Assembly: GCA_032718475.1 (NCBI GenBank)
Contig: JAUCBJ010000493.1
Span: 1 to 42,507, forward strand
Length of the DNA: 42,507 nucleotides
Origin: Nemertoderma westbladi
Taxonomy: Eukaryota > Animalia > Xenacoelomorpha
Reading direction: 5' to 3'
Shown: positions 11,149 through 23,754 of the stretch, in pieces
Numbering within the stretch: the first letter of the stretch is position 1
How the letters are laid out: each line of letters opens with the position of its first letter
The notes under the pieces: model-generated
What the model saw: only the letters and a program-made list of their open reading frames with translations
What the model was told of the DNA's origin: nothing
The model's database searches: none
Program-made: the position numbers and the translations under genes

Positions 11149-12111
11149 TTAACGATTAGTTGTGCAATAGTTGCCGTCCCCAGTGAGGTCGACTGAGCGT
11201 GAGCACATTGGGGAGCCGGAATGATTACTGTCGACTGTTGCACGATAGATCACGTCATCGCCTTCCTGCGATCGCGTTGGGGATACAGGCGGTTGCTGAT
11301 TAATAGGACGACCAGAAGGACAGCCGCGAGGGAGGCGATTAGTGGACTGGTTCCCATTATGCCTTGTTTGGTTAGACTTGGGAATGTCACGAGATTGCTG
11401 AAGGTAAGCAATGTCTTCCTGCGATGAGATTAATATCGGAATATCGTTCCGGCCTGCTGACATACGAACGTAAACAGAACCGTTGGTTGAATATGCCGCT
11501 GCAACTTTCTTGTTAGTCTTTAGCTTAAGAGCATCGCGCAAGAGAGTTGCCCTTAACAAGGTAAGATGATCAGATAAGTAAACACCTTCCGGAAGTTGTT
11601 TGCGGTTTCGGAAGGCGATGTGACGAGTAGAGTGCGTATAATTAGAAACATTAAGATTATTAATTATTATTAGATTATTAATTATAAAGCGTATAATTAT
11701 TGGTCGACATTTGGTGCGGACGTTCTTAGGTGTTCCTAGTCGAAGGAATAGGTCAACCTCGTTTCGTGGGATTCCTAGTTTCTCTAGCAGCTCGTAAACT
11801 ATATGGTTGGTATCCTCGACGGATCCCTCGTTAATTCCATGGAGAAGAACGTTGTGTCGTTTCATGTATTGGTCCAATTTATCATTGGCGTCTATCAACC
11901 GTTTGTTTTCTTTCCTTAGAGCTTTGTTATCGCTTATTAAGCCGCTTATTGCTTCCTGTAGATCCGGAATAGCTTTTATGGACTTTTCCAAGTTTTTTAC
12001 ATTTCCATCCATGGTTCTGACTTCCAGTACCAAGGTCTTTATCCAGTCCTCGAGTTTGTCAATTTTTTCGGACGAGTCCGGATTCTGATTCCCACTACGT
12101 TTGGGCGCCAT
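11149..12111 (-). CDS. LINE ORF1 protein (coiled coil, RRM, CTD; L1-ORF1p-like)
   Basis: Heptad coiled coil; DQYMKRHNVLLHGINE; RLG...RPIIIRF; VYLSDHLT; STNGSVYVR. Confidence 0.85.
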   Translation of the reverse strand: MAPKRSGNQNPDSSEKIDKLEDWIKTLVLEVRTMDGNVKNLEKSIKAIPDLQEAISGLISDNKALRKENKRLIDANDKLDQYMKRHNVLLHGINEGSVEDTNHIVYELLEKLGIPRNEVDLFLRLGTPKNVRTKCRPIIIRFIINNLIIINNLNVSNYTHSTRHIAFRNRKQLPEGVYLSDHLTLLRATLLRDALKLKTNKKVAAAYSTNGSVYVRMSAGRNDIPILISSQEDIAYLQQSRDIPKSNQTRHNGNQSTNRLPRGCPSGRPINQQPPVSPTRSQEGDDVIYRATVDSNHSGSPMCSRSVDLTGDGNYCTTNR

Positions 12112-12597
12112 GTGTGGGATGGGCTTGAAAGTTGGTCTATCAAACCGCTACAGAGTTATCTGCTTATAGTGGTTGATGTAGTAGGCCTAACGATGTCGAA
12201 TTTATGGCAGAACAGCAGGCAGGGTATTTCAGATGTTACCGGTATTCAGTCATTTCAGTATCCCGGTTACCAATGGTAACCTAGGTAACCTTCTAGGTAA
12301 CAATGCCCTTTTTGTAGGGTGATAATTACTGTCATTATACAGCTGATAGTTAATACGGTGATATATTGGTTTTGGGTTGTCGAAGTGCATATAGGAATTA
12401 TTCCTGTAACATGGGTGAGTCGAGATTCAAGTTCATATATATAATATCTATAACTAACAACTTGTAAAGATAGTTATGGACTACATTTTATAAAATAAGA
12501 AATGGTTTTGGTATTAAATTGTATTCATATTTATCTTATCAGCTGATCTTGAAATTATATCTAGCATGAATATCAATCAACCTTCGTAACACAGACA

Positions 12598-12984
12598 CTA
12601 GTCACTAGAACTACTGGAAGACGATGTAACATATTCTTTGCCCTCAATAACTTTCAGCCATTGGTTCCTGACTTCTCTACTTTCGAACCAAAACGTCTCC
12701 TTCACTTTGTCCTTTTTCATTAACTGAATTCCGTGTTCTAACGATATCCTGTTCTCACCACGATTTGTGGTCAACATAGATTTCGGTTGAATTGGTTCTG
12801 CGGTGTAATTTTCTAGGGCGTATATTTTTTCTTTGTTTTTCTGTATTAAGGAACTATTTCGTGTTATGGTCAATTTGGTTTTGTTCTCACCGTTGGATTG
12901 TATTTCTCCCCAATATAGTTTCAGTTTTTTCGTGCTCTTGCTCTTTTTGTAGAGAATTCCTTCCTTTACAAATTTCAGTAGATG
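12598..12984 (-). CDS. Terminal exon (PH-like domain) of a predicted two-exon gene, paralogue 1
   Basis: Acceptor TTATAG|CAT at 12985, phase 0, 129 codons to TAG. KEGILYKK...KLYWGEI...FWFESREVRNQWLKVI fits the PH pattern. Confidence 0.7.
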   Translation of the reverse strand, partial: HLLKFVKEGILYKKSKSTKKLKLYWGEIQSNGENKTKLTITRNSSLIQKNKEKIYALENYTAEPIQPKSMLTTNRGENRISLEHGIQLMKKDKVKETFWFESREVRNQWLKVIEGKEYVTSSSSSSSD

Positions 12985-13074
12985 CTATAAATAACCATAA
13001 AAATAATATAATATTTTGGATATGAAGAATTTAATGGCATATTTCGTAAATTTCGTATTCCCACCCCACCCCCC

Positions 13075-14586
13075 CCCCCCCCCCGGAAAATCTAAACGTT
13101 TTAGCGAAAACGTGTGATATTCTGTTTGTACGTAGATTTCTCTAGTCTGAAACCGACCGAAAAAAAAATTTCAAAAAAATATACTGGGGTGGTTATATTG
13201 CAGCACCAAAATTACAAGTGGTAAACAATTTTCAAAAATCTTGAAAGTTACAATTTTCGGCTAATTGTTTTTCAATATAGGTTTTCTGGTTCGCAAAATC
13301 CATTGGGAAATGTTTAAAAACGATGTGATTACTATTGTTTTACTCCTCTACGTGTAGGCAAAAAAATGAAAAAAACAAGTAATCATCACTTTTCAGTTAG
13401 AACACAAAATTTTTAATTAACTTATACGATGCTATAAATTCACATTTTTATAGGTTTTCTGGGGCGCTGATTCTAATGGACTACATTTCTAATTTGCAGG
13501 AACATTGCTACTCGTATTTTTCGGCGTAAAATGGCAAATTTGGTGCTAGCACTAAATTTTGTAGCCATCACCTAAAAGCCAAAAAATACAAGTTTGATAC
13601 GCCCAGCGCTGTTTTATTGGTTCCATCCTTTTCAGAACCCTCACAAACCCGTTCGGGTAAAACGCAAGAAACAAGATGATACTTTCTATTGATCAATTTG
13701 CTTATTTTCTAAAATTTGGTGCTAGCATAACAATTTTCACCCACCAAATATCGCGGAAAATACAAGTTTCTAAACTCTTGCGCAATTTTTACTTATTCCA
13801 TTGAATTCAGAACCCTCACAAACCCGTATAACGCAAGAAACAAGGTGACCCAATCTATTGATATATTTGATATATTTGATGGTTTTAAAAATTTGGTGGT
13901 ATCACCAAATTTTGCACACACTTTAGAAAAATACGAGTTTTAAATGTCTATTTAGATAATTATTTATTACATTAAATTCAGAACCGCCATAAGAACCGCG
14001 AGAAATTCGTTGTCACAAGCAATTTAACTATTGAATGGATTTTCAAAATTTCGTGCTGGCACCAAATTTTGCACACAGCGCCGAAAAATACAAGTTTGAT
14101 ACGCTAGGTGCAACTTGTATATATTCAATCGAAACCAGAACCCCAAAAACCCCTATTACGCAAAAAACAGGTCCAAACAATGAATTTACAAAATTGACAT
14201 ATTTCAAAATTTGGTGCTGGCCCCAAAATTTATCACCCGCCGAAAAAACAAGTTTGAAATTTCGAAATTTAATTATATGAATACCTTCTAATTGCAAACA
14301 CAAAAAAACCGGAGTAAATCAAAAATAGAGATGTTACAAATCATATTTCATAAAATGTAATTTTCAAAAATCGTCTCCAAAAATGTTCCTAAAGTAGGTT
14401 TAAAAAATGGTGCTATAACTCGAAAACTTCCAAATATTTTTGAAAACGGTTTTCACTATTACGAAGACAATAGTTTTTTAGGAAAAGTCATCAAATTTCA
14501 GATTGCCAACTGCGTTTGTTTTAGAGTTATAACAAAAAACCACGGGATAGGGTCATATTGAACCCCCCTATATTTTTTAGGGTTAA
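13075..14586. mobile_element. Non-autonomous DNA-transposon-like intronic element with ~160-180-bp internal repeats
   Basis: Five units carrying the palindrome AAATTTGGTGCTAGCACCAAATTT (~13537, 13711, 13889, 14046, 14207). The right end is ...AGGGTTAA; no matching left end was found. Confidence 0.55.
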
Positions 14587-14635
14587 ACCATATGTATAAA
14601 CTATATTTAATAGGGTTAAATAATAAATAACTTAC

Positions 14636-15142
14636 CCGTTTGGATTCGTCTATGTTCATGTATTGAAAAAAGAATGAGGTCAATATGTCAACATCATTTT
14701 TCTCAGCAGCATGTATGTTAATTCGAAATTTGTATTCACCTTCCCCAAAGATGGAAAGCCCACCGCCATATTGTCGTCCAATAAACGATTCAACAAAACG
14801 TTTGGTGCGATAAACCGTGATAGGGAATTTACCCAAAGAAAATAACCACTTGACAAACTCAGACTTTTTCTCAAACATGAACATGCTACTTCTATCGTTT
14901 TCCCCTATCAACGCATCAGGCACTAACTCATACTCATACAGTGGACCCTCATTGAGATTATACTCCCCTAACCCATTGTTTTTAGCAAGATCGGGGGAGA
15001 ATACAAAGAATAGTGAATCATCTGACAGATCGTGGAGAAGTTGTTCCTGTTTCCGAATTGCATCTGTAATTTTTTCATTGGTACCGGTAGTTACTTGTGG
15101 AAGAAGGCGCTTTTCTTCAACTTCCTTTATTTTACGAGGCAT
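14636..15142 (-). CDS. First coding exon (169 codons, unknown domain) of the predicted PH-domain gene
   Basis: AAAATG start; open for 169 codons to CGG|GTAAGT (donor at 14635); phase 0, matching the 12984 acceptor. Confidence 0.62.
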
Positions 15143-15325
15143 TTTGCATTGAGTATTATTTAAGACAATAATTTATATATTTATGATAAGTCCAGTAGAA
15201 TCTTCCCTACATAGCAGAGCTAAGAATCAATTGTATTGTTGCTTTGTTTTCATCTGGTTGTCGATACGGATTATTATTAATTATTCCAAAATGTAGACCA
15301 AGCAGTTAAGTTTTGTAGTACTTAG

Positions 15326-17230
15326 TACTAGTGTGTTATATATAGGTACACTCCTCTAAAATATTTTTACTAGCTAGTTTTTTCTATTCCTTTTTATGAA
15401 CATGTTCCTGAAAATGTTAGCTAATTTATAAAAATTAATAAATGTTCTAGAAAAAATATTTTTGTTCTAGAACAATTTAAAAAATAATACAAAATTAATG
15501 TACTATTTTTACTTTTCAATAATGTTCTAGAACATCTTCGCTAATCAGAACTGGGAAAAATAGTTCTAGAACAAATCATTTTTGTTCTAGCGCCAAAGTG
15601 GTGAGGGTTGGATCCCGATGGGTATCAACACAATAAAGTATATAATATATTATTATTAGTATTACATAATCAGGTCAGTATATATTATCACAACTAGTCT
15701 GGTACCAGCAACACAGACAGCGGTACTTTTTTACTTTAATCCCCCACCCCACAGATTATTCCACTCACTATTTTGTGAATTTTTGTCAATTGGAATGTTC
15801 CCCAACACTTGTTGCCTCTGTTGAAAAAAACATTTGTTCTAGAACACTATCTATTGTTAATAGCTGTGTTGGTACTAGTGTGTTTTGTGCACACACCCCC
15901 TCAAATTTTTTATACTAGCTAGTTTTTGTTACTTTTTTTCAAACCCATTCTAGAACTTATTGTCTATTCATTTAATATAAAAATTAGAATATAAAAAATA
16001 GAAAAAAACAAGCTAATTTGTTTATATTTTTATTTTTTTATTGTATGTTATCTTTGTATAAATTTTTTAAACTAGCTAATTTTTGTTTTCTTTTAAAAAA
16101 AAATGTTCTAGAGCATATTATCTATTCATTTAAATATAAAAATTTTGTTCTGGAACAAATATTATTTGTTCTAGAACAAAAAAACAACAAAAAAACAAGC
16201 TAATTTGTAAATTTTGTTAATTTTTTATTTTGTGTTATATTTGTAATATCACATATTTAATAAAACTCACTAGCTACAATGAAAATTTATAGTTGTTAGT
16301 AATTGTTTTTAACACTTACCGGTACTAATCAAATAAAAAAACACCACAAAATAACATATTTTTTAATGTTCTAGAACAAAAAATATTTGTTTTAGAACAT
16401 TACTTTTTACGAAAATGAATAGACAAAATGTTCTAGAACATTAAAAAAATAAAATAAAAAAAAACTAGCTTTGATAACTTCAAAAAAAACTAATTAATTA
16501 ATTTTGTTCTAGAACAACAATTATTTGTTCTAGAACAAAATTAATAAGAAAAATTAATAGACAATATGTTCTAGAACATTAAAGAACAAAAAGTAACATA
16601 AACTAGCTAGTATAAAAAATTTGAGGGGGGGGGGGGGCGGTGTGCATGTGCACAAAACACACTAGTACCAGCCCTGTTTATAGCTACCGACTTTAGCAAA
16701 TACCGTATAATATTTGTTTATTTGGTAATTTGACATTTTTTGCGCTGTTACTATAGAATTATATATTCTAGAAAACTGTATTTAAATATCTATTAGAACA
16801 TATATCTCTAGAACATTTTTAATAGATATATTTTTTTCATGGTAGCTATTGTTTTTTTTTACTAGCTAGTATTTTTTGAAATTTTAAATATACGGTATAT
16901 TATATTTTTATATTTTTGTTATTGGTTGGTTAAGTGTTCGTGAACATTTACAAGATATTATTTATTAAGGTTGCTAGTGTTTTTTTTTACTAGCTAAGTA
17001 TTTTTTTAAATTATAAAAACAAAACGTGAGAACATTGATATTTCAGAACTATGCCTAAATAGCAATAATAGCTAGTGTTCTAGAACAAATTTTTTTTAAA
17101 AATGAATTCATGAAGTGTTGGGGAACAACATCCAATAGAAAAAACGGCAAAAAATAGACATGCAAAAAATCTGAGTGGTTGGGCGGGGGGGGGGGGGGGG
17201 GGGGGTGTAAAGTTAAAAAGTACCTAATAC
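15326..17230. mobile_element. Nested foldback/MITE-like elements rich in TGTTCTAGAACA and ACTAGCTAGT palindromes
   Basis: Inner inverted arms 15870.../...16670 (TGGTACTAGTGTGTTTTGTGCAC / GTGCACAAAACACACTAGTACCA). Outer inverted arms ~15721-15865 and ~17060-17224. A further partial arm starts at 15326. Confidence 0.75.
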
Positions 17231-17789
17231 AGGTATATTATAATAATATATTATAATATATAAATAATATATAATATAGGTTCCGCTCCGGTATTATGTT
17301 AAAGATCATTTTTCAAAAAAGAAATTTGGCATGAACTAGCTAGAAGTATGCATACACCACTAAAACTAGTACTCATTTAGTAGGTGGTTTGGTGGTACAT
17401 ACTTATTACTATATTTGGTATATAAGTGTAGACAAGACGATATATAATTGCAGTAGATGACTTTAAGTTTAGATCATATTCCTAGCTACTTATTTAAATA
17501 TCATATTCTAGAACATGTTGTCAAGATTTCAAAGAAATTATCAAAAGCATGATCATTACATTAGATATACAATTCACTGTATTCAGATAATAGCGAGAGT
17601 GAGTCTAGCAGAGGCGGCGCTATGGGAAGCTATGAGTCTGCTGCCAAGCATAAGCCTAGGTCTACATTATGTTTTATGATGTTTTAAAGTTAGACATAGA
17701 CCACGTACTTTATTGGTACAGTACATGACGGCGATGTGAGAACTTAGAGACGCCGCCATCATGTATTGTAAAATTGATACATTGTAAAT

Positions 17790-18060
17790 GGATGGACGTT
17801 TGTAACATCCACATAGAAATAAATTCGGCCAATGTATCAATTGGTGGAGTAGGAATTCTGCTAAGCCCATTGGCACTTGAGACCCTAAACAACATGGAAT
17901 CTGTAAATTCCAGGGTTATGATTGCAATATTTGATGGGAACTGTAATGTTACTACGGTCCAACCACTGTATCAAGATTCAGGACAAGCAATGAAGTTTTA
18001 AGAAGATCTGACTGGACTTATAAAGGAGATTCCGAAACACAATGTCAAATGTCAACCCAG
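17790..18060 (+). pseudogene. RTE-clade LINE endonuclease fragment
   Basis: SANVSIGGVGILLSPLA...SRVMIAIFDGN, typical of RTE endonucleases. Confidence 0.7.
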
Positions 18061-18383
18061 GACAAGCAAGCGAATCAACTAATGACTGAAAAAACTTAGA
18101 ACTGATAATGTAGTAAAAGATGCTTACACAGTAGAATTTCCAAACCACTAATGTACTAGTCAATCTATGAAGGACATTTCGCCTATTATTGTAACAGAAC
18201 AGTAGTTTCTATATTTATCAATAGGACCTTAAAGAAATATCTAGTAGGGCTGACTGGTATGTATGTACTGTACCGCAAATACCGTTATTAATAATATTAT
18301 AATGATATACACTGGCTTCTTCTGCTATTGATATTAGTAAATACATAACTGATTACATAATTCACGACTTCCGTTAATCTAAT

Positions 18384-20240
18384 ATGGATGACTGCACCAA
18401 CTGTGGAGTTCATCAACCGAGACTTTGTCCAGGAGGTCTTTGCAAAAAGTGCAAAGATGCGAATTCCACAGGCAACTACGTGGTGAGACCGAATTCGATC
18501 TCGAACCTAAACTTAACCTCTTCCCAGACATCTACTACACCCTTTTATTACTCAAGCGATATTCAATCACCGCTAAACCTGTTTGATACTTGGGATAATC
18601 ACCAGGCCACCCTATCGCAACCCTCATTCCAGGAATGCACCCTTCCCTGGGCCTCACAACTTTTCGACGATATCACACTTGCTCGCACTCCCATAAACGA
18701 TTTGAATGCCCATATACAGGAACTCACTAAACGGATCGATTCTCTCGACTTGGAATTGAAATCCATAACCAATGCTCACACACAGAAAATAAATGCCCTG
18801 ACTACCGACGTCAACATTTTGAAATCTGCTTTAGCCAACCAGATCGCCTTTTCCGAACAGTTGGACCGTCAGTTGCGTAATTCCAAATATCGTAATTACA
18901 AATATCTTCATCCCCATCATGGGAGTTTCCGAGGACCCATCCGGCAGCGTCAATTCAGAAGTGGACTTCTCCTCTTCTAAGAATATTTTAAACGCCCTTG
19001 AAGTTGTTGTTCCCGATTTCTATGTCAGGCGACTTGGTATTGAAAGGACTGTAGGACAGCGCCCCCAGCCGATATTACTAACTCTAGGTAAAGGTGCCCC
19101 CCAAGGAGCAAAATCATCTCTGCTGCCTCTAAATGAAAGTCGGCTCCCAATGAGGGTCTCCGCACCGTCTACATCAAACAGGATACCCATCCTGCAATCC
19201 ATAGAGTATACGCGGCTATACTCTGTAGTTGATGAAGAGAAGAAGATACCTGAAAACGTAAACCAAAATATATTCTATTCGAATAAAGATAAAGCTGTAT
19301 TCCGCAACAATGACATAATCGACCGATTCAATCCGGTTTTTTAACTGTCAGCCAATCGCACTCTTTTAGCCCTACGAATTTTATCTTGGAAAATTGATGG
19401 TATTAAGGAAAAGTACTTATTAGCTAATGTTCTTTCTGTATTTGTTAACTATGATATTATTTGTTTACAGGAACTGAAAACTGCTTATAAGATAACTGTC
19501 CCAGGTTTTTATCTTATCCATAGTCTCATTGTTCCTTAACAGGGCTACTGGGGAGGTGTAGCCATACTAACTAAAAATTATTTACTTGATTTCATATCCA
19601 AAGTCAACTCGGGTACATAACAAGTTTGGCTTTCTTGTAAAAACATACCTAATTATGTTTTGGGTTCCTTCTTATACATACATTAATCCATCTGAGTCTA
19701 GATATATGTAGACCCATCAGTTTTAGCAGAAGTGCAAAGTCGTATATTTTGTGCTGATAATAATTTTTACACTTATTGGTGACATCAATGTTAGGCTCGG
19801 TAATTTGTGTACTGATTTATCTCACTCTAGTGCATACCATTACAGAACGCTTGATTATATTTTATGTAATAAAATGGTCATAAACTAAAAGGTCATGAAC
19901 TAAAACAACTCTGTTTTGACTGTAATCTGGTTAATATTAGTTATTTGTGCATGGATAACATAAATTTTGGAAGGGGTATAACATTCAAAAGTAAAGATAC
20001 TTATATATCTAAGTTAGACTGCGCCTTTGTTAGCGTTAATGGTCTTAACTGTGTTACAAAATTCAACCCCCTCAATAGTTTAGGCCTAACCCTGCCCTCA
20101 AACCACTGTCCCATCAAGTTGTCACTTAACTTTAAACCTACACGACTTTGTACGCGTGATATAAGCCAGCGGTCAAGCTGCTTAATTAACCACTCACACC
20201 TTGTCCCTCCCCTTAACCGTTCTAAAACAGTTAAAGTGTA
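18384..20240 (+). mobile_element. Decayed LINE (L2/Daphne-like): frameshifted ORF1 and ORF2 endonuclease, 3'-truncated
   Basis: ORF1 pieces 18384-18980 and 18919-19344 (Cys-rich N-terminus, coiled coil, RLG...QPILLTL). EN motifs ILSWKIDG, YDIICLQELK, GGVAIL, IGDINVR, SKLDC and SNHCPI are spread over several frames. Confidence 0.8.
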
Positions 20241-21422
20241 GCATTCCCATGATATCCCATCTGTTGACAGTTTGACTGTTATTGTGGTGTAACACAGTAA
20301 ACGGACATTAAAGTATATTATTATTGTTGTGACTTGGTTGCCAGGCAAATTATTTACTGTCAGTCAGTATATCTTAGTATGCAGTATCTTATTTGGTTCG
20401 ATACGGTATTTGATTATCTATTGTATTTAACTGAGATATGATACCGGGAGGGTGTGGCAACACAGTATAACAAGCAAATGACTGCCTAATTAATTCTGTA
20501 AGAACTCAAGTCTGGTGATTGTGTTTCCCTTTAGAGGAAACGTATTGTGACAAGTCTTTGGTCTTGATATCGCTACAGTATTCAATTTGTGACAACTCTC
20601 AATCGTGATGTAACTAATAATAAGAGCTTTGCTTATAATAATGGTCTGAAATATCGCCATATATTAATTATTTAGTAAGTCAGAGGTATAACAATATACA
20701 AATCTGATACAATTGTCCAGATTATCACTGATACTTAGTTACAGCAACCCACCTGTTGTGGCTCGTGTAAACCTTGATTCTGTAATATCGGCGATATATT
20801 AAGCAAATAATAATGACAAATTGAATTTACCGGTAGAATATCCAATATAACGATAAATAATTATAATTCAATTATTAACTCTTTAAGTTTATACCTTAGG
20901 CCTGTAATAACCACCAGTCAATTAAACCTGACCGGGGATCAGTGCCTCTGCATGGGCAATGCGAGTTCTTCTGTCCAACAATAACAAAAAGAGTGAATAA
21001 ACCACAGAACTAATCGTACTTATATATCAGCTTATCAGTAAGGAGCATAGCCAATAAGTTGGATCCTTATACAAGCCGTATACAAACCTTAATACAAGCT
21101 GGATATGCAGATAATGGCACTAGATGGCGTCAAAACCCTTTAGTAAAGCATAATTTAACCAAAATAGTCTATATTATATCGTAATCAACTTTATCAATAT
21201 AAAATGGTGTTTTGAGCTTAAAATTAGTAAAATAAGTAATTTAAAGGCAGAATTCATGAATGCAGCAACAAGAATACTCCACTATTCTGTTATTGCATTT
21301 GACATTACATTGATAACTGGATAGGCCTACAGGCCTATACATTATGTTTATAATAATTTAGCTTGTTGCTAAACTGGTGACCCAACCCGAAATCGATTCT
21401 CTACCTACCTGCCTACCTTAAA

Positions 21423-22235
21423 ATGCCTCTTGCTGCCGAAGATATCGCTGCCCTGGCCATGGCCTTACATATACTTCTTCCTGCTGCTACTGGTACTGGC
21501 ACTGAAAGCAACTCTGGCAACGCAATTAACACAGTTTCAATAAAACTGCCCACGTGCTGGACTGAGAACCCAGAGATCTGGTTCTCCCAAGTTGAGTCAC
21601 AGTTCGTCACCCACAGCATCACCATGGACTCAACAAAAGTACACTGTGGAATTTTATTACTGCCGTCTGTGGTCACTGCCCTGGACAATGTAACAGCTAA
21701 GGAAGTCGGGCCCATCCTACTCAATCCATTGGCCAGAGACCAGTATGGTACCTTGAAACATGCCCTCATTGCCTCTTTCAGTAAGATTCAGGCCCAGAAA
21801 GACAATGAACTTCTTTCACTTTCTGGACTCAGAGACCACAAACCATCCAGCTTCCTTCGCTACATGAGGTCCCTCAATGCCGATCCGGAGACACTCTTCT
21901 GGGTGTTATTTCTCTCCCAACACCCGTCCGAAGTCTGACGCATCCTTGCCAGTTCGAACACCTTCGACCTCGATGTTCTAGCCACCAACACCGACCGCAT
22001 CATGGAGGCAACCTGTAATGACCCTGTCAACATTGGAATCGCCAAGGTGAGAATAAAAAATGCTCCCAGAGCTGCGCAGACTCCTACCTCTGTCTCTACT
22101 ATCTCTGCTTCTTCCATAAGAAGTTTGGCAATGCTGCATGAAATTGCAACTACAGAGATTGCTGACTTAGTCACCTTCTCCCCTCCCCAACATCCTTGAC
22201 TCATGGTTCGGGAAATGCCAGGGCCAACCACTAAA
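21423..22235 (+). pseudogene. Gypsy gag
   Basis: VSIKLPTCWTENPEIWFSQVESQF...LRDHKPSSFLRYMR; in-frame stop at 21936-21938; decayed C-terminus. Confidence 0.8.
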
Positions 22236-22311
22236 CATCTCAGCAGCCGGCCAGAATGCAAAAATAACTATGACTGTGTCGGATCATCGCAGTGGCCAAA
22301 CTTACCTAGTG

Positions 22312-23045
22312 TATGGTGGCCGACTGCTGCCACATAAACCATCAATGTCTAATAAAAATAATCGGTTAAAAAATCAATAAAAAAATTCAATAAAAAAAAT
22401 TTCAATAAAAAATTTCAATAAAAAATTAAATAAAAAAAATTTCAATAAAAAAAATTAAAAAAAAATTCAATAAAAAAAAATTCAATAAAAAAAAATTCAA
22501 TAAAAAAATTCAATAAAAAAAATTTCAATAAAAAAAATTACAAAAAAATTCAATAAAAAAATTCAATAAAAAAAATTCAATAAAAAAATATGTTACATTT
22601 TTTTCTTAAACCCACCGTGGCCTACAGCTGCCAGGTATTCATTTAATACTAACCACTGCAGTTATATTATACTGTATAGGTGGCAGTACTCGGCCACAGC
22701 GAAATAGAAAAAAAAATTGCAAAGTAAAATTGAATTCACACGTGGCCGACTGCTGCCAAATACTTTCAAACACATGGAAACATGGCCTACAGCTGCCAAA
22801 ATGTGTATTTCCTGCAGTATCATTAACTAACATACTGTTTTGCTGTACCGGTAGGCTTCCAGTATCCTGTAGTTCGAGATTAGTTTCAGTATTCCGGTAC
22901 TGAAATTCAAGCTACGAGCCTACATCAGTAGGCCTACATACAAATCTTGTAGGTACAATGCGGCAGCAGTGATCAGGCCCGGGACGGTAGGTAATTTAAG
23001 GGTTTCTGCTAATAATGGCATGGAATAGTGATTATGGTTTAAAAT
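22312..23045 (+). repeat. Left TIR of the IS3EU-type element
   Basis: Reverse complement of 37600-38330; contains an (A)nTTCAAT minisatellite (~22370-22590) and repeated GTGGCC...GCTGCCA motifs. Confidence 0.93.
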
Positions 23046-23610
23046 CATTTCTCAGTGAAGCTGTTACGCAAAATTGGTCTAGAAAAGAGTTGCTGCCTGC
23101 AGCAAAATCTAAATTTGGTCAGTATCATTGGTCAATGAGAAGTTTGGATCGGCGTCTGAAGTTTTTTGAAATCAGTTACATCAATTATAATGTTGATATT
23201 CAAACTATTCGCAAGGCTTTAAAGAAGGAGATGGAGGGTCTGGAAAACATTTAGGATATAGAGCCATGAATTTGAAGCTTCGCACTGTTTACAATATATG
23301 TGTTCCTCGTGATATTGTATATGAAATAATGAGAGAAGAGTACCCGGATGTGCTGGAAAAACGACGACTAGAAAACCGTAAACGGGTCCGCACTGGAGCT
23401 TTCAATTCAAAGGGTCCTTTGTGGTTAGTATCCGGGGATGGGCACGATAAATTGTGCGGTTATCAGAACTCAACATTCCCCTTAGCTATTTATGGTTTCC
23501 AAGATTCGTATTCAAGAAAATTATTACTGCTGAGAGTTATGAAGTCAAACTCCTGTCCTAAGGTTATTTCGCGACTGTATATTGAATTGATTACTACTTT
23601 GCAGTATTGC
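23015..23610 (+). pseudogene. IS3EU-type DDE/integrase-like transposase, N-terminal half, frameshifted
   Basis: WSMRSLDRRL and GPLWLVSGDGHDKL...AIYGFQDSYSRK motifs; a 1-bp loss near 23240 breaks the expected EGPGKHLGYRAM. Confidence 0.82.
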
Positions 23611-23754
23611 ATGTGTCAACCAACGCTCTAACATTTCCTTTAACATTCACTTTATATCACTCGATTTACTTTACCTCACTCGCTTTACCCGCCTTTAATC
23701 GATTTCTCTCTCTCTCTCCCTGTCTCTCTCTCACTCTCTCTCTCTCACTCTGTG

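Larger units (their letters stand above)
10329..12420 (-). mobile_element. 5' part of a CR1/L2-group LINE (5'UTR, ORF1, start of ORF2), cut by the BEL insertion
   Basis: ORF1 at 11149-12111; ORF2 starts with a PHD finger and the endonuclease motif FSIFNLNCRGL; the 5' boundary is approximate. Confidence 0.85.

Noticed and set aside
14498-14635. C-terminal 45 aa of the 214-aa ORF as real coding sequence
   Set aside because: It lies past a consensus splice donor and runs into the end of the intronic repeat element.
20242-21335. Solo LTR(s) or Gypsy 5' LTR (e.g. TGTA...TACA at 20903-21331 flanked by GGCC)
   Set aside because: No second copy in the window, and AGGCCT is so common here that the apparent TSD is weak evidence.
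22370-22590. CRISPR-like array
   Set aside because: It is an A-rich minisatellite without unique spacers, inside a TIR, in a eukaryotic context with no cas genes.
22639-22833. Identical 64-aa ORFs at 22639 and 37811
   Set aside because: A consequence of the TIR duplication; no protein motif.
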